From assembly GCA_043228905.1 (NCBI GenBank), contig JBHGNT010000008.1, positions 3,596,001 through 3,660,000 on the forward strand: a stretch of 64,000 nucleotides of DNA, in the 5' to 3' direction. This DNA is from Azolla caroliniana (lineage: Eukaryota; Plantae; Polypodiophyta). Numbering within the stretch: the first letter of the stretch is position 1; each line of letters opens with the position of its first letter. Shown here piece after piece: positions 1 through 12,373 of this stretch. A model generated the notes under the pieces. It saw nothing but the letters and a program-made list of their open reading frames with translations. It was not told where the DNA came from and did no database searches. The position numbers were made by a program, and so were the translations under genes.

Positions 1-1350
1 TCGGAATTTTCTTCGGCTCTACACCATCAGCTTCCCCTTTCTCCTTTCGAAAGTGTTGATAGTTCTTTTGCAAGTGCCCCGGCTTCCCACAGTAGAAGCA
101 CGTGGGCCTTTCCCTCGACTTCAACCTCGTCCCTGACTTATCTCGATTTTCGGGACTTCGATGTCAGCCTCTTCCTTGATTTGTGTCACTCTCTCTGACT
201 AAGGCCTTTAGGTTGTATTGGACTCCTGGTCCTGTCAATGAGCTTCTTCATTCAATAAGCTTGACTTCACCTGCTCTAGGGATAGATGCTTCCCTTCTGG
301 TCCTGCATTTCCCAATGTGACAACTAGCGTTTGCCAGCTATCTGGAAGGGATTCCGACAACAATAGAGCTAATATCTCATCCACAAGGGGTACTTCTAGA
401 GAGGTGGTTTGGTTCATCAGTCCTTGGAAGGCATTAATATGCTTTGCTATGCTAGAGCTGACTTACTAGAGTGTCACAATCATTTTGAAAACTGTGACCC
501 TGTTCATGGCGTTCTTGTTTTCGAACATTACGCTTACCTTCTTCAAGAAGATGTCGGCTTCTGTTTCTTCACCAATGTTCTTGTACAGTCTCATGTCTAT
601 AAAACACCTTTTGTATGTTGCAGCCTTCAGATGCAACACAACCCAAGTCGATGCATTAATCTTGTCTGGCCTTTTGTCTCCGAACTGCACCACCTACCAG
701 AGCTCTTTGCACACGAGCACATCTCTCATCTTCGACTTCCACACTGAGTAAGTTGGAGCCGGTTATCTTGAACATGTCATCGAACGAGTCTTCCATCTCT
801 TTGATACCACTTATTGGGATCGTGATCGGCCACAACCGGTCGATCGTTCATATATTTGGGTTCACAGAAAACGAGCAAGGTAATGCTCAGACAGAAGATA
901 ATAGAAAAACACAGAAACAAGACACGAATATTTAATGTGGAAAATCCGAATCGGGAAAAAACATGTGGAGTCCACAAACTCTGAAAAAACTATGAGAAGT
1001 ACAATAAGAAGCTCGGAGGAAACAACCTCGAGTTCTTCTTCGTCGGACTAACGGTTGTAGATTTACCAACTCTTACACTCTCACTCTCTCTCTTTCTTAC
1101 ACAGTTACAAAGGCAACTACCTTCAGTGTAACTCTTCAACAATGATCAACTACATTACCTTAAAGTTTGTCCTAGTTGTATTTATACATATACACCTTTC
1201 TGGCTATTTATAGATATAGCCCACATGGGCACAGTTAGATTATTTACAATTATAGCCCCTCGAATCGGACACAAAATCGATTATTGGCTTCAGCCGAGTT
1301 TACTCCTCAATTCGACTCATTCCATCCGGAGGGAACCGGTTTTCTCAACA
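1..1350 (-). mobile_element. Ty1/Copia (Tnt1/Tork-like) LTR retrotransposon, 5' part: 5' LTR, PBS and degenerate gag running off the window
   Basis: LTR 812-1350 (minus strand TGTTGAG...CCCAATA). tRNA-iMet PBS TGGTATCAAAG is followed directly by an ATG at 796. Gag with stops/frameshift (MEDSFDDMFK...SSLLNEEAH) and zinc knuckle CFYCGKPGHLQKNC; same family as the gag at 37314-37949. Confidence 0.9.
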
Positions 1351-2602
1351 CTACCCCCATTTGGCTTTTTATAATGATCAGATCTTGTACTATTTAAACC
1401 CCACCTATGGGGCATGAAAGAAGGAAGGAAATATATTGAAGTTACCCTTCAACTGTGTCTGTCTTGATTCCCTCTCTCTCATTCTCTCTCAGTGTCTCTC
1501 TCCCTCTCCCCGCACATTCGAACCCCCTTAGGTGGGGTGGAGCCGATCTTGGCTCCACCCCCCAGCCATCAACAATGTTGAAGTAGATGTTTTCAGCCAA
1601 ATGATGGCCAGGTAGGACGACCAATGGTGTGAAAAGGGACAAAAGGCCAAACAGGAAAAAGACAAACAAAGCTAGCTTAGAACCGAGTAGGGCGGTACGA
1701 TAACGATGAAACAATGAATGATTGTAATATTTTGTAATCGACCACTATTGAGAATCAAGCTTAACCTATTCTAGTGCTTGAACACACCTTGAGAGTGTAT
1801 GAACACTCAAAGGTGAAAAGTTACCACTACTTTTGTAGCATTAACTATAATGTGTCATAAAATCATATTTTATGACACATAACTAATGAGTTTCCACATT
1901 CCCCATGACCGATGAGGTTCGGTAGTTAATGAAGAGAGATGGTGACTATATAAAGCACCCTCCTCCTACTTTGTAGTGTGTCAGTTAATCTCCTTTGTAA
2001 TATACATTTTCTTGAGTATTCTATTCTCATTTTCTATCTATCTTGTGTCTCTCTCCTCTTCTCTTGTAAAACACACACGCACACACACAACACACATCTC
2101 TAACTTATTCCGCTGCACAGAATCATACCACGATTCTTTACAACCATGCTTTCAAAAAAATAGGAAGCATGGAGTCTTCTATAAACATGTAGGATTGACA
2201 AAATTAGGGGGGCTATATGAATAGACTAAGGAACTGTATAGAGAGGTGCGTGTATTACGAGAAGGTTGAGAATCTCAACGGATAACACGATATCTTCATC
2301 AAATCGGCTTCTGAATGTCGAAATCCGACAGCTCCCTCTATGCACGAAACGATTCTGGAAGTCCGATTTGTCGTCATCCTATACGTAGATGATCTAGTCA
2401 TTGGAGGAGAAAGTCTAGTCGACATCAACAAGGTCAAGTCCCACCTCTCCGACAAATTCGAGATGACGGACATGAAGGAGCTCCATTACTTCCTTGGCAT
2501 CACGATAATTCGAACTCCAACCAGCATTATGATCTATGAATGGCACTACATCCTCAACTCGTTATACAAGTTCGAAATGATTAAGTGCAAATTTGTGGCA
2601 AC

Positions 2603-3675
2603 CAAGGTTGTTAGGTACGTTAGGTACGGTACGGATACCATATGTATATAACATATTCATCCATGTATAGTACCTCCCAATTTAAAAATACGTTAAATAC
2701 GTTTTCTTAATATGTTAAATACTTATCAAATGCGTAAAATATGTATTTTACGTATAGTACATTAAATACTTCTAGAATTTGAAAATTATTTACCTTTCTA
2801 AAAAATATCTATAATATTGTAAAAAACATCTATGTTTACACAATTTTGTGATGTACAATATAGCTCTATATCCTAAAATGCATATAAGACATTTAAACAT
2901 TTCAAATCCTAAAATACTTGTAGTAATATGGATGTCAACATTCCATTATTCTATAAATCAGTGTAAGTGTGTATCACGATGTTCTACTTCAAATTGTAAT
3001 TATTTACAATTATGCCTTCATAGATTGAGGAATCGTCTACGATTATCAAACTCATGGTAGGTTTCTCTTTTCTTCGTTTTCTTCTTCTTCTTCTTCTATC
3101 TTCTGTGATCATCACACTTAGTGTTAGGACAAGTTTATGTCTTCTTTTCTCTCTTCTTATTCTTCTTCTTCTTCATCATCTTTTTCATCGTCGTCTCTTC
3201 CATTCTTCTTCCTTCCTTCCTTCGGCTTCTTTTTCACTAAAATCTTTTTTTTCTTTTGCTTTTTGTTGGGGTTTTAGTTGCATTTTCTTTATAAATACAT
3301 ATTATACCTGTATTTTTATAAATATGTTAAATATCATATTGGACAAATGTACATGATATTTGATTGAACAACATTGAGGTATAGTACGTACTATACAAAT
3401 GATGAGGTACTATACATATTTTTATTCTTCTTTCTTCCTTCCTTTGGCTGCTTTTTCACTAAAATCTTTTTTTTCTTTCACTTTTTGTTGGGGTTTTACT
3501 TGCATTTTCTTTATAAATACATATTATACCTGTATTTTTATAAATACGTTAAATACCATATTGGACAAATGTACATGATATTTGATTGAACAACATTGAG
3601 GTATAGTACGTACTATACAAATGATGAGGTACTATACATATTTAAACGTTAAATACGGGTACGTAAACAACCATG
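2603..3675. mobile_element. hAT-family MITE, copy 1 (with internal ~220-bp tandem duplication)
   Basis: TIR CAAGGTTGTT.../...AACAACCATG. 8-bp TSD GTGGCAAC/GTGGCAAG. TACGTA-rich subtermini. Splits the Copia RT. Homologous to 48392-49054 and 54465-55294. Confidence 0.9.
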
Positions 3676-5296
3676 GTGGCAAGTCCTCTCTCTCGATCAA
3701 AATCTCAAAGTGGATGCTGACTCTGGCACCGTAGAGTGTGAGCCGACTCAGTATTGACAACTGATCGGCATCCTCATCTATCTCACAATCACTTGACCCG
3801 ACCTCAACAACCATGTTGGTCCCGTTAGCCAATTCATGCAAAAGCCATGTGATATTCACTTGGATTGCGCGAAGCGAGTGTTACGATGTACGTGAGCGGC
3901 ACAATGGATTATGGCGTCCTCTACAAGAAGACAATGCCATATCGAGTCAAAGGGTACACAAATGCTAACTGGGCCGGCTATAGAGCCGATCGACAGTCGA
4001 CCTCCAGATTTGTTTTCTCCCTTGGCAGCGGAGCCATCTCCTGGAGTAGTAAGAAGCAATGAACTGTCGCTCTTTCGAGCACATAGGCTGAATATAGGGG
4101 CGCGACGGTGGATAAATGTGAAGCCGTATGGCTCAAGAGGATTTTGAAGGATCTGGGCGCTCCCATCAGGGATCTGACTCCCCTTTATTGCGACAACATA
4201 AGCAATATTTATCTGGCTCGAAACCTGGTGTTCCACGCGTGCACGAAGCATATCGAGGTGCACTATCACTTCATCCGAGAGCACTTTCAGACTAGAGATG
4301 TCAACCTTCAACATATCAACACGAATCTTCAAAAAACCGACATCTTCACCAAAGCCCTAGGAGCCAACAAGCTTCGACAATTCATGTTAGACCTTGGATT
4401 GACGATCCCTGACTTGCCAAGCTTGAGGGGGAGTACAAGAGAGAATCGGAAACCGTTTGAACTAGATACCAATCGGCGCAGACATCAACTGAAAGGAACT
4501 GACCTGAATTGAGCTTGAGGGGGCGTGTTGAGAATCAAGCTCAACCTAGTCTAGTGCATGAACACACCTTGAGAGTGTATGAACATTGAAAGGTCAAAAG
4601 TCACCACTACTTTTGTAGCATTAACTATGTGTCTTAGAATCATATTCGATGACCTATAACTAATGAGTTTCCACATTCCCATGACCGATGAGCTTCGGTA
4701 GTTAATGAGGAGAGAGGGTGACTATATAATGCACCCTCCTACTTTGTAATGTGTCGGTTAATCTCCTTTGTAATATACATTTTCTTGAGTATTCTATTCT
4801 CCTTTTCTATCTATCTTGTGTCTCTCTCCTCTCCTCTTCTAAAACACACACGCACACACACAACACACATCTCTAACCTATTCCGCTGCACAGAATCATA
4901 CCGCGATTCTTTACAACCACGCTTTCTAAAAATAGGAAGTTGGGAGTCTTCTATAAGCATGTGGGATTGAGAAAATTAGGGGGGCTATATGAATGGACTA
5001 AGGAACTGTATAGAGAGGTGCGCTATTCTGAGACGGTTGAGAATCACAATCGATAGTCGATCGGGTTACGTTCTAATAGTTCTACTTTATTAATATTGTG
5101 TTGTGCATGTGTTCCTTTGTGCCACCCTTTTAACACACCATTTTTAGGATGTATGTACCTAAGCCGACCCACCCTTTTAGCACACCCTTTTGTAGCTAAG
5201 CCAACCCAAATGTGTACCTTTGTATAAACTATAAATTGAGTAATAAGTAAGAAGCTAACTAGGTTGGTTTTGATCTCTTATGTGCATCTCACATAT

Positions 5297-5314
5297 TGGT
5301 GGAGATGTGGGGTA
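5297..5314 (+). promoter_or_regulatory. Primer-binding site complementary to tRNA-Ala 3' end
   Basis: TGGTGGAGATGTGGGGTA lies 3 nt after the LTR; 17/18 match to the reverse complement of the plant tRNA-Ala end ...TACCCCGCATCTCCACCA as recalled. Confidence 0.8.
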
Positions 5315-5581
5315 CCCGTGCCCCACGTCCAGGCATCCACCTCTTCCCCCTCACCTTAGGTTGCCCACTAGCTTCTTCCGCCACGAGTTTACCCAATCCC
5401 CCTCTGACACGATAACCCTCCTATCCCCCACCTAAGCCAAGTCTAGGTAGCCCTCAGTCTACAAGACGAATTGATCTTTCTCCGCTAATTGATATTTCTT
5501 GGATCCCCCTCCGACATGATAGCGCCCTCTTGTCCCCCACTTCAGCCAAGTCCAGGTGGCCCTCAGTGCACAGGAGGGATT

Positions 5582-8500
5582 TGTTGGGGATATGTCCCTC
5601 TAGTGGGAGCCGGTTGTCTAGAAGAAGCTGATAGTCGAAGGCAAGTAAAACCGATTGTTCGGAAATTGCCGACAATCGAAGACAAGTGAGAACCGACTAT
5701 TCGGAAATAGCCGACAGTCGAAGAGTCAACAACAGGGAGTCGACTGTTTGAAGAGACTAATTATTATTATGGTAATTATAATAACGATAAGTAGCAGCGG
5801 CTACATTTGTAAATAGCCCATACAATGTATTAGAATAAATACATTTAGGGCAAACGTGATGAAAACAGAAGTGTGCGTAAGAGAGACGGAGAGAGAGAAA
5901 GAGAGTGGCGCCATAGATGTGTGAGTAACAGCAGGCGTCAAGAGTCCTGTGTGGCTGACACACTCGACGAAGTGTTGTAATCTCTCTATTGTATATCCGT
6001 TGTATAGTGAAGTTTCTGCTCTCTCGTGGTTTTCTCCCGTTTTGGGTTTCCACGTAAATGTCTATGTATTGTGTCGTTGTGTGCCTGTGTATTACAGCGT
6101 ATTCTTTGTTCTTGTGTATAACGATTCGATTTCTCAACAATCTGGTATTAGAGGTTGAGGTGCAACCATGGAAGGATGTGTGAGCGGCTTCCCAGGCATG
6201 ATAGTTCTAAACTCATAGAACTATGTAGATTGGAAGATAAAGATGGAAGACCTTCTCATCGTGAAAGACCTGTACGAGCCAATCAAGAGAGCAGATATAC
6301 CCAAGGGGGTATTGGACTCAGATTGGAAACTTCTCAATAGAAAGGCAGTGAACACCATCCGACAGTGCGTCGACGTAAGTGTCTTACAACATGTGGCGAA
6401 CGTCACAAATGCCCACGAGATGTGGCAGAAGCTTTCGGGTCTATATGAGAGGAAGAATGCCCTCAATAAAACCTCATTGATGAGAAAAATCATATGGCTG
6501 AAATACAGAGACGGTGAGAGCATCGTCAAACACATCATCACATTCATGGGGTATGTGAATCAACTTGCTGCAACCAAATTCCCCTTGGATGATGCAATGT
6601 AGGCTATCCTGTTGATCTGCACACTACCGGATAACTAGGAGAACCTAGTGGTTACTCTCAACACCTCTTGTCAAGAAGAGAACTTGTCTTTACAAATGAT
6701 GAAGACAAGTATCCTAAATGAGGAGGCAAGAAGGAAGGACAAGGGAGTTCTGTCCCAGTCAGAGGAATCTGACTCAACATATTCACAGAGGAAGGGACCG
6801 GCGAAGAATAAGTCCACAACGAACAAACAAATCCCACGCCAGATCAAAGTCCAGAGGTAAGCCAATGTGCTTTTATTGTGGAAAACTTGGAAACCTCCAA
6901 AAGGACTACCGACACATGAGAAAAGACAGGGGTGTCAGAAACAATGTCGAACCCAAGAAGATTCCTGATGAGAAGAACACTTCGGCCATTGCTACGAGCA
7001 ATGAAGAACTATTGTTCATCTGCGAACAAACAAGTGCAAATCTTGCAAGTGAAGAATGCACTTGGGTGATCGATTCCGAGGCATCGTTCCACATAACTCC
7101 ATTGACAAAGTATTTCTCGACTTACATAGCCGGGGATCATGGCTATGTAAAGATGGGTGACAGTGGAGAGTGCAAGGTAACCGGAGTTGGAAGTGTCTGC
7201 CTAACGACATCGACAAGGTGTCGACTGACACTGAAGGATGTTCAACACATCCCCGATATCAGATTGAATCAGATATCGACTGGAAGGCTTGATGACGAAG
7301 GCTGAAGTGGTAGTTTTCGGAATGGCAAGTGGAAGTTATGCCGAGGAAATCTTATAATGGCCCAAGCACAAAAAGAAGGCACATTGTGTATGATGCATGC
7401 CCGACTGTGCAAATCGGAAGTGAATGTGGCAGCCGACTCATTAGGAGAAATATGGCATAAGAGGCTAGGCCACATGAGTGAGAAGTGAATGCACCTACTA
7501 GCAGACAAGAAACTTCTACCAGAAGTCAAGGGAGTGCACCTGGAGAAATGCGTCAACTACTTAGTCAGAAAGCAGAATAGAGCAACATTCCACACAAGAC
7601 CACCGAGGAGAAGAGAAGTGCCACTTGAACTAGTACAGACGAATGTGTGCTATGTGGATGCTCCATCACATCGAGGTGGACAGTACTTTGTGACGTTAAT
7701 TGACAACTATAGTCGGAAGACATGGGCCTCCGTACTGAAGTTGAAGGATCAAGTACTGTCGTTTTTCAAGGAGTTCTAGGCAAGAACCGAAAGAGAGTTG
7801 GGTCAGAAGTTGAAAGTTGTTCGAACCGACAACGGTGGTGAGTACAGAGGGCAGTTCGAGATATACTGCAAGTGCCAGGGTATTCGGATCGAATACACAG
7901 TGCGAAAGACCCTAGAATTAAACGGGCTTGTAGAGAGGATGAATCGAACAATCATGGAGAGGGTAAGGAGCATGCTCTCTCATGAAAAACTGCCAAAATC
8001 CTATTGGGTTGAGGTGATGTACACAACTGTTTATCTGATCAACAGGTCTCCCTCAGTACCATTAAAGGTTGATGTCCCACAGAGAGTGTGGATAGGGAAG
8101 GATGTCTCCTACCAACACCTGAGGGTGTTCGGATGTTTGGTATATATGCATGTACCGAAGGATCAGAGGTCAAAGCTCGACAACAAGTCGAAAGCATGCA
8201 TATTCATGGGATATTTGGAAGATGAGTTCGGCTATAGTCTATGGGACCTAGTTGAAAGAAGGTACTGAGAAGTCGGGACGTAGTCTTTCTTGAAGATAAG
8301 ACAATTGAAGACTGGAAGCAATAGGACTCCGAATTGATTCCCTAGTCAACCTTGACTACCATCGACTTAAGGCTAAGTGAACCAACACCGTCGGCTGTTC
8401 GGAGACAGCTGGGCGATAGAGCTGAATCCAAATTGGTCGACTCGGAGAGACCGACTGACTATGAGTCAGTGTCGGTAGAGCTGCTAAAGTCAGTTGATGA

Positions 8501-10578
8501 ATATAAGTTGGAGTTATCTAACCGGGAGATACCGATTGACGAGTAGAATCCCGAGCGGTGAGAAGAGTTGGCAGAGACATCCGAACGAGAGCCAACAATG
8601 AGTGGAAGAAGATACCCACTGAGAGAAAGGAAAGCACCGACAACATATGCCAGTCAATACATCCTCTTGACTGATAGGTGAACCGGAGTGCTATGAAGAA
8701 GCCATTGCTGACGAGCATAGAGAAAAATGGATGAGCACGATGCAAGATGAGATGGAATCCTTGCACGAGAACTACACCTACGACCTAGTAGAGCTACCGA
8801 AAGGTAAGAGAGCACTCAGGAATAAGTGGGTCTACAAGGTGAAGACTGGAGAAGTCGATAGTGAGCCTAGGTATAAAGCCCGCATAGTGGTGAAGGGTTC
8901 CAATAGAAGAAGGGCGTCGACTTTGACAAAATATTCGCATCGGTCGTAAAGATGACATCCATCTGAACTGTTCTAAGCATAGCGGCAAGTATGGACCTGG
9001 AGATCAAACAGTTGGATGTCAAAACTGCATTCTTTCCTGGGTAGCTAGAAGAAGAAATCTATATGTAGAAACCCGAAGGCTTTGAGGAGAAAGGGAAAGA
9101 GAATCTGGTGTGTCGACCGAAGAAAAGCTTGTACGGTCTGAAACAAGCTCCACGTCAATGGTACAAGAAGTTCGAGTCCTTCATGATGGAACACCAGTTC
9201 CAGAAAACACAAGCCGATCACTGTGTGTCCGTCAAAAGGTACGAAGAAGGAGACTTCTTGATTCTCTTGTTATATGTTGATGACATGTTGATAGTCAGTC
9301 AAGACACAAGGAAGATCGGAAGCTTGAAGAAAGCTCTAGGCAGGTCGTTTGCCATGAAAGATCTTGGACCAACTAAACAGATCTTAGGAATGCACATAGT
9401 TCGAGTCAGAGCTCAAAAGGTTCTATGGTTGTCACAGCGGAAGTATGTGACAAAGATCCTAGAAAGGTTCAACATGTCAAATGCAAAGCCGGTCGGCTCC
9501 GTGTTGCCGACAAACTGCAGATTGAATGCGAAACAGTGCCCGAAAGGGGAGAAGGAGAAGGCTGAGATGAGGAAGGTACCATATGCCTTGGCCGTCGGCG
9601 GTCTAATGTACGCTATGGTCTGTACGACACCAGACATAGTATTTGTTGTGGGAACAATAAGCCGATATATGAGTAATCCAGGGAGAGAACACTGGGCAGC
9701 GGTGAAGTGGATACTCCGGTACTTAAAAGGCACCTCAGGGGTGTCGGAAAACCTGTGCCTAAGGTATGGTGTCGGAAAACCTGTGCTAGAAGGATTTACC
9801 TATTTAGACATGTCGGGAGAGGTCGACTCGAGCCGATCCACGTTAGGGTACGTGATGACCTATGCAGGGGGAGTATTGTCGTGGCAATCACGACTGCAGA
9901 AGTCTGTGGCGCTGTCGACCACAGAGGCGGAGTATATGGCAACGGTAAACGCCGGAAAAGAGCTTACCTGGATGAGAAATTTTCTCAATGAGCTAGGGAT
10001 GAAGCAGAGGGAGTTCTTGCTTCACTATGATAGCTAGAGTGCCATACATCTTGCCAATAATGTTGCATATCACTCCCGGACCAAGCACATACACAGAAGG
10101 TATCACTGGTTGTGGGAGAAAGTCGAAGAACAAGAGTTTACACTTGTGAAGATCCACATGGATAACAATAGATCCGACATGCTAACGAAGAACCTAACTA
10201 TGGACAAACTCAGAGTCTGTCGACAGAAGCTAGGACTAACTGACTCCCTCCCACAGGAGTGAAGGGGAAGTTTGTTGGGGATATGTCCCTCCAGTGGGAG
10301 GAGCCGGCTGTCAAGAAGAAGCTGATAGTCGAAGGCAAGTAAAACCGATTGTTTGGAAATAGCCAACAATCGAAGACAAGTAAGAACCGACTATTCGGAA
10401 ATAGCCGACAATCGAAGAGTCGACAATAGGGAGTTGACTGTTTGACAAGACTAATTATTATTATGGTAATAATAATAATGATAAGTGGCAGCGACTACAT
10501 TGTAAATAGCCCATACAATGTATTAGTATAAATTCATTTAGGGAAAACGTGATGAAAACATAAGTGTGCATAAGAGAG

Positions 10579-10614
<36 letters not shown>

Positions 10615-10846
10615 GCACCATAGTTGTGTTAGTAACAACAGGTGTCAAGAGTCTTGTGTGGCTGATACACTCGACGAAGAGTTGTAATCTCTTTGTTGTA
10701 TATCCGTTGTATAGTGAATTTTCTGCTCTCCCGTCGTTTTCTCCCATTTTGGGTTTCCACGTAAATGTTTGTGTACTGTGTCATTGTGTGCCTGTGTATT
10801 ACAGTGTATTCTCTATTCTTGTGTATAATGATTCAATTTCTCAACA
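5582..10846 (+). mobile_element. Full-length degenerate Ty1/Copia element (Tnt1/Tork-like)
   Basis: LTRs 5582-6139 and 10273-10846. Perfect TSD GGATT. PBS TGGTATTAGAG at 6143. PPT GGAGTGAAGGGGAAG. Domain order gag-PR-IN-RT-RH. Confidence 0.95.
6168..10260 (+). pseudogene. Copia gag-pol polyprotein with many stops and frameshifts
   Basis: CFYCGKLGN zinc knuckle, WVIDSEASFH protease, RTDNGGEY and NGLVERMNRT integrase, SLYGLKQAPRQW and LLYVDDML RT, ALSTTEAEY RNaseH. Confidence 0.93.
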
Positions 10847-10869
10847 GGATTGATATCTATCCACTAATT

Positions 10870-11190
10870 GCTAGCTCGTTTTCCATCACTAGCCCCATCC
10901 AACTATTATGTGATCAGGGCTACCAGTTCCACGAAGATGTCCTCAACGTCGTTACAGCTCAACGAGGTGTCCAGAAGGTGCTTATGTCCCCATACCATGC
11001 TCAAACAAATGGCCTCACCGGACGCCTCAACAAGACCTTCAAGAAAGAGATTGTCGCTTATATCGATCCATGCAACAAAACTTGGGATCAAATCTATCCT
11101 TTCGTCACCCACACCTACAATACATCTGTACCGGCATTGACACGGATCAACCCTTTTTGAGCACTCTATGGGCGTAACCCTTGCCTCCCA
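10870..11190 (+). pseudogene. Gypsy integrase core fragment
   Basis: LLCDQGYQF...SPYHAQTNGLTGRLNKTF...WDQIYPFVTHTYNTS...PF*ALYGRNP. Confidence 0.85.
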
Positions 11191-11240
11191 CCAGAATTGT
11201 CCATTGATGTCCGTTCAAAACCTGTCAACATGGATAGTGT

Positions 11241-11716
11241 TGTTATATACACATAACGTAGGTGATGGTAAGTCACTAATATTTACATAACTGAAGGGTA
11301 TGTTCACTAATGTTAAATAGGGGACTAATGTGATTGGATAGAAGGAATGATAGGTGCATGCACTATCATGATTTGGACAACCAATGAATGGAGCGCCTTT
11401 TAGAAAGGCATATTTATTCAAGGGGCCTAGGAAAAGGTATAAATATGAGGCTTAACTACCCTCATAAGGACATTACGTCGGAAGGATTTTGTCTTAGACA
11501 CCGGTGGTGCGGGCTAGGCTTTCGTCTTGATGATTGTGTAATCTCTTCCAAGGTAATAGTCATCCAAATATCCGGCGGTATGGGACGTCAATGGTAGGTT
11601 GGCTATGTCTGGATCATAGCTCGGGGGTGGTCAGGTGGAACGGGTTCTTCTATCCAATCTTTTTTCGGTCTTTTCTTTATTTAAATGGTCTATTGATTAG
11701 TAATGGACTCTTAACA
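11241..11716. mobile_element. Solo LTR (476 bp)
   Basis: TGTTA...TAACA termini, TSD AGTGT/AGTGC, internal TATAAAT box at ~11438. Confidence 0.75.
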
Positions 11717-12373
11717 AGTGCCACTTGGGAGCTCTTTCTCCAACAAATGCTCCCCCTCCTTCAACAAGCCACTGCTCTTGCGCCTCAGTCTCTAGTTTCT
11801 CTTAGGGGGGAAATGTGGTGTGCATGTGTTCCTTTGTGCTACTCTTTTAGCACACCCTTTTCAGGATGCATGTACCTAAGCCGACCCACCCTTTTAGCAC
11901 ACTCATTTTAGCTAAGCAAACCCAAATGGGTACCTTTGTATCAACTATAAATTGAGTAAGAAGTAAGAAGCTAACAAGGCTGGTTTTGATCTCTTATGTG
12001 CATTTCACAATATAATTTTGTGCTTGTGGGGTATTGAGCGAGCAAGCTCAACATGGGACGGGGTGTAGCAGTAGGTGTGTTTCTAATTGACAGAATTTCG
12101 TATTACAGTTGATTTCTGCCTTTAGTGATGATTAGGGTTTGTGTTTCCCTTAAGTGGATTAGAGTTTTTGATTACAAATTTCAGATTACAAGTTTCTGGT
12201 TACAAATTTCTAATTATAAATTTTTTATTACTGTCGCAATGTGTTGTAATTTTGCAACAATTCTCAAGACAAATTCTGATTAGGGTTTCTAATTTTTTAA
12301 GTGGTTGATTTCTAATACATGTTGAAAAGGACAGATTACAAATTTTAGACTACTGTCTCAAACTATTGTAATT

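Larger units (their letters stand above)
5097..12009 (+). mobile_element. Miniature non-autonomous Ty3/Gypsy element (~1.2 kb without nested inserts) with ~197-bp LTRs and tRNA-Ala PBS
   Basis: LTRs 5097-5293 and 11814-12009 (TG...CA). PBS at 5297. PPT AGGGGGGAAA before 11814. 4-bp TSD ATAT. Gypsy integrase remnant at ~10870-11190. Confidence 0.85.
1746..12043 (+). mobile_element. Internally deleted Ty1/Copia element (truncated 5' LTR fused to RT-RNaseH; 3' LTR interrupted by later insertions)
   Basis: Direct repeats 1746-~2280 and 4526-~5050. PPT CTTGAGGGGGCG before 4526. RT motif LYVDDL (2340-2651) and RNaseH motifs [30 protein letters not shown]. The 3' LTR end at 12043 (CAAGCTCAACA) is inferred; no TSD found. 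Confidence 0.75.

Noticed and set aside
1351-1745. Unassigned segment with a GC hairpin at ~1531-1567
   Set aside because: Probably an LTR fragment; no termini or homologue in the window to support a call.
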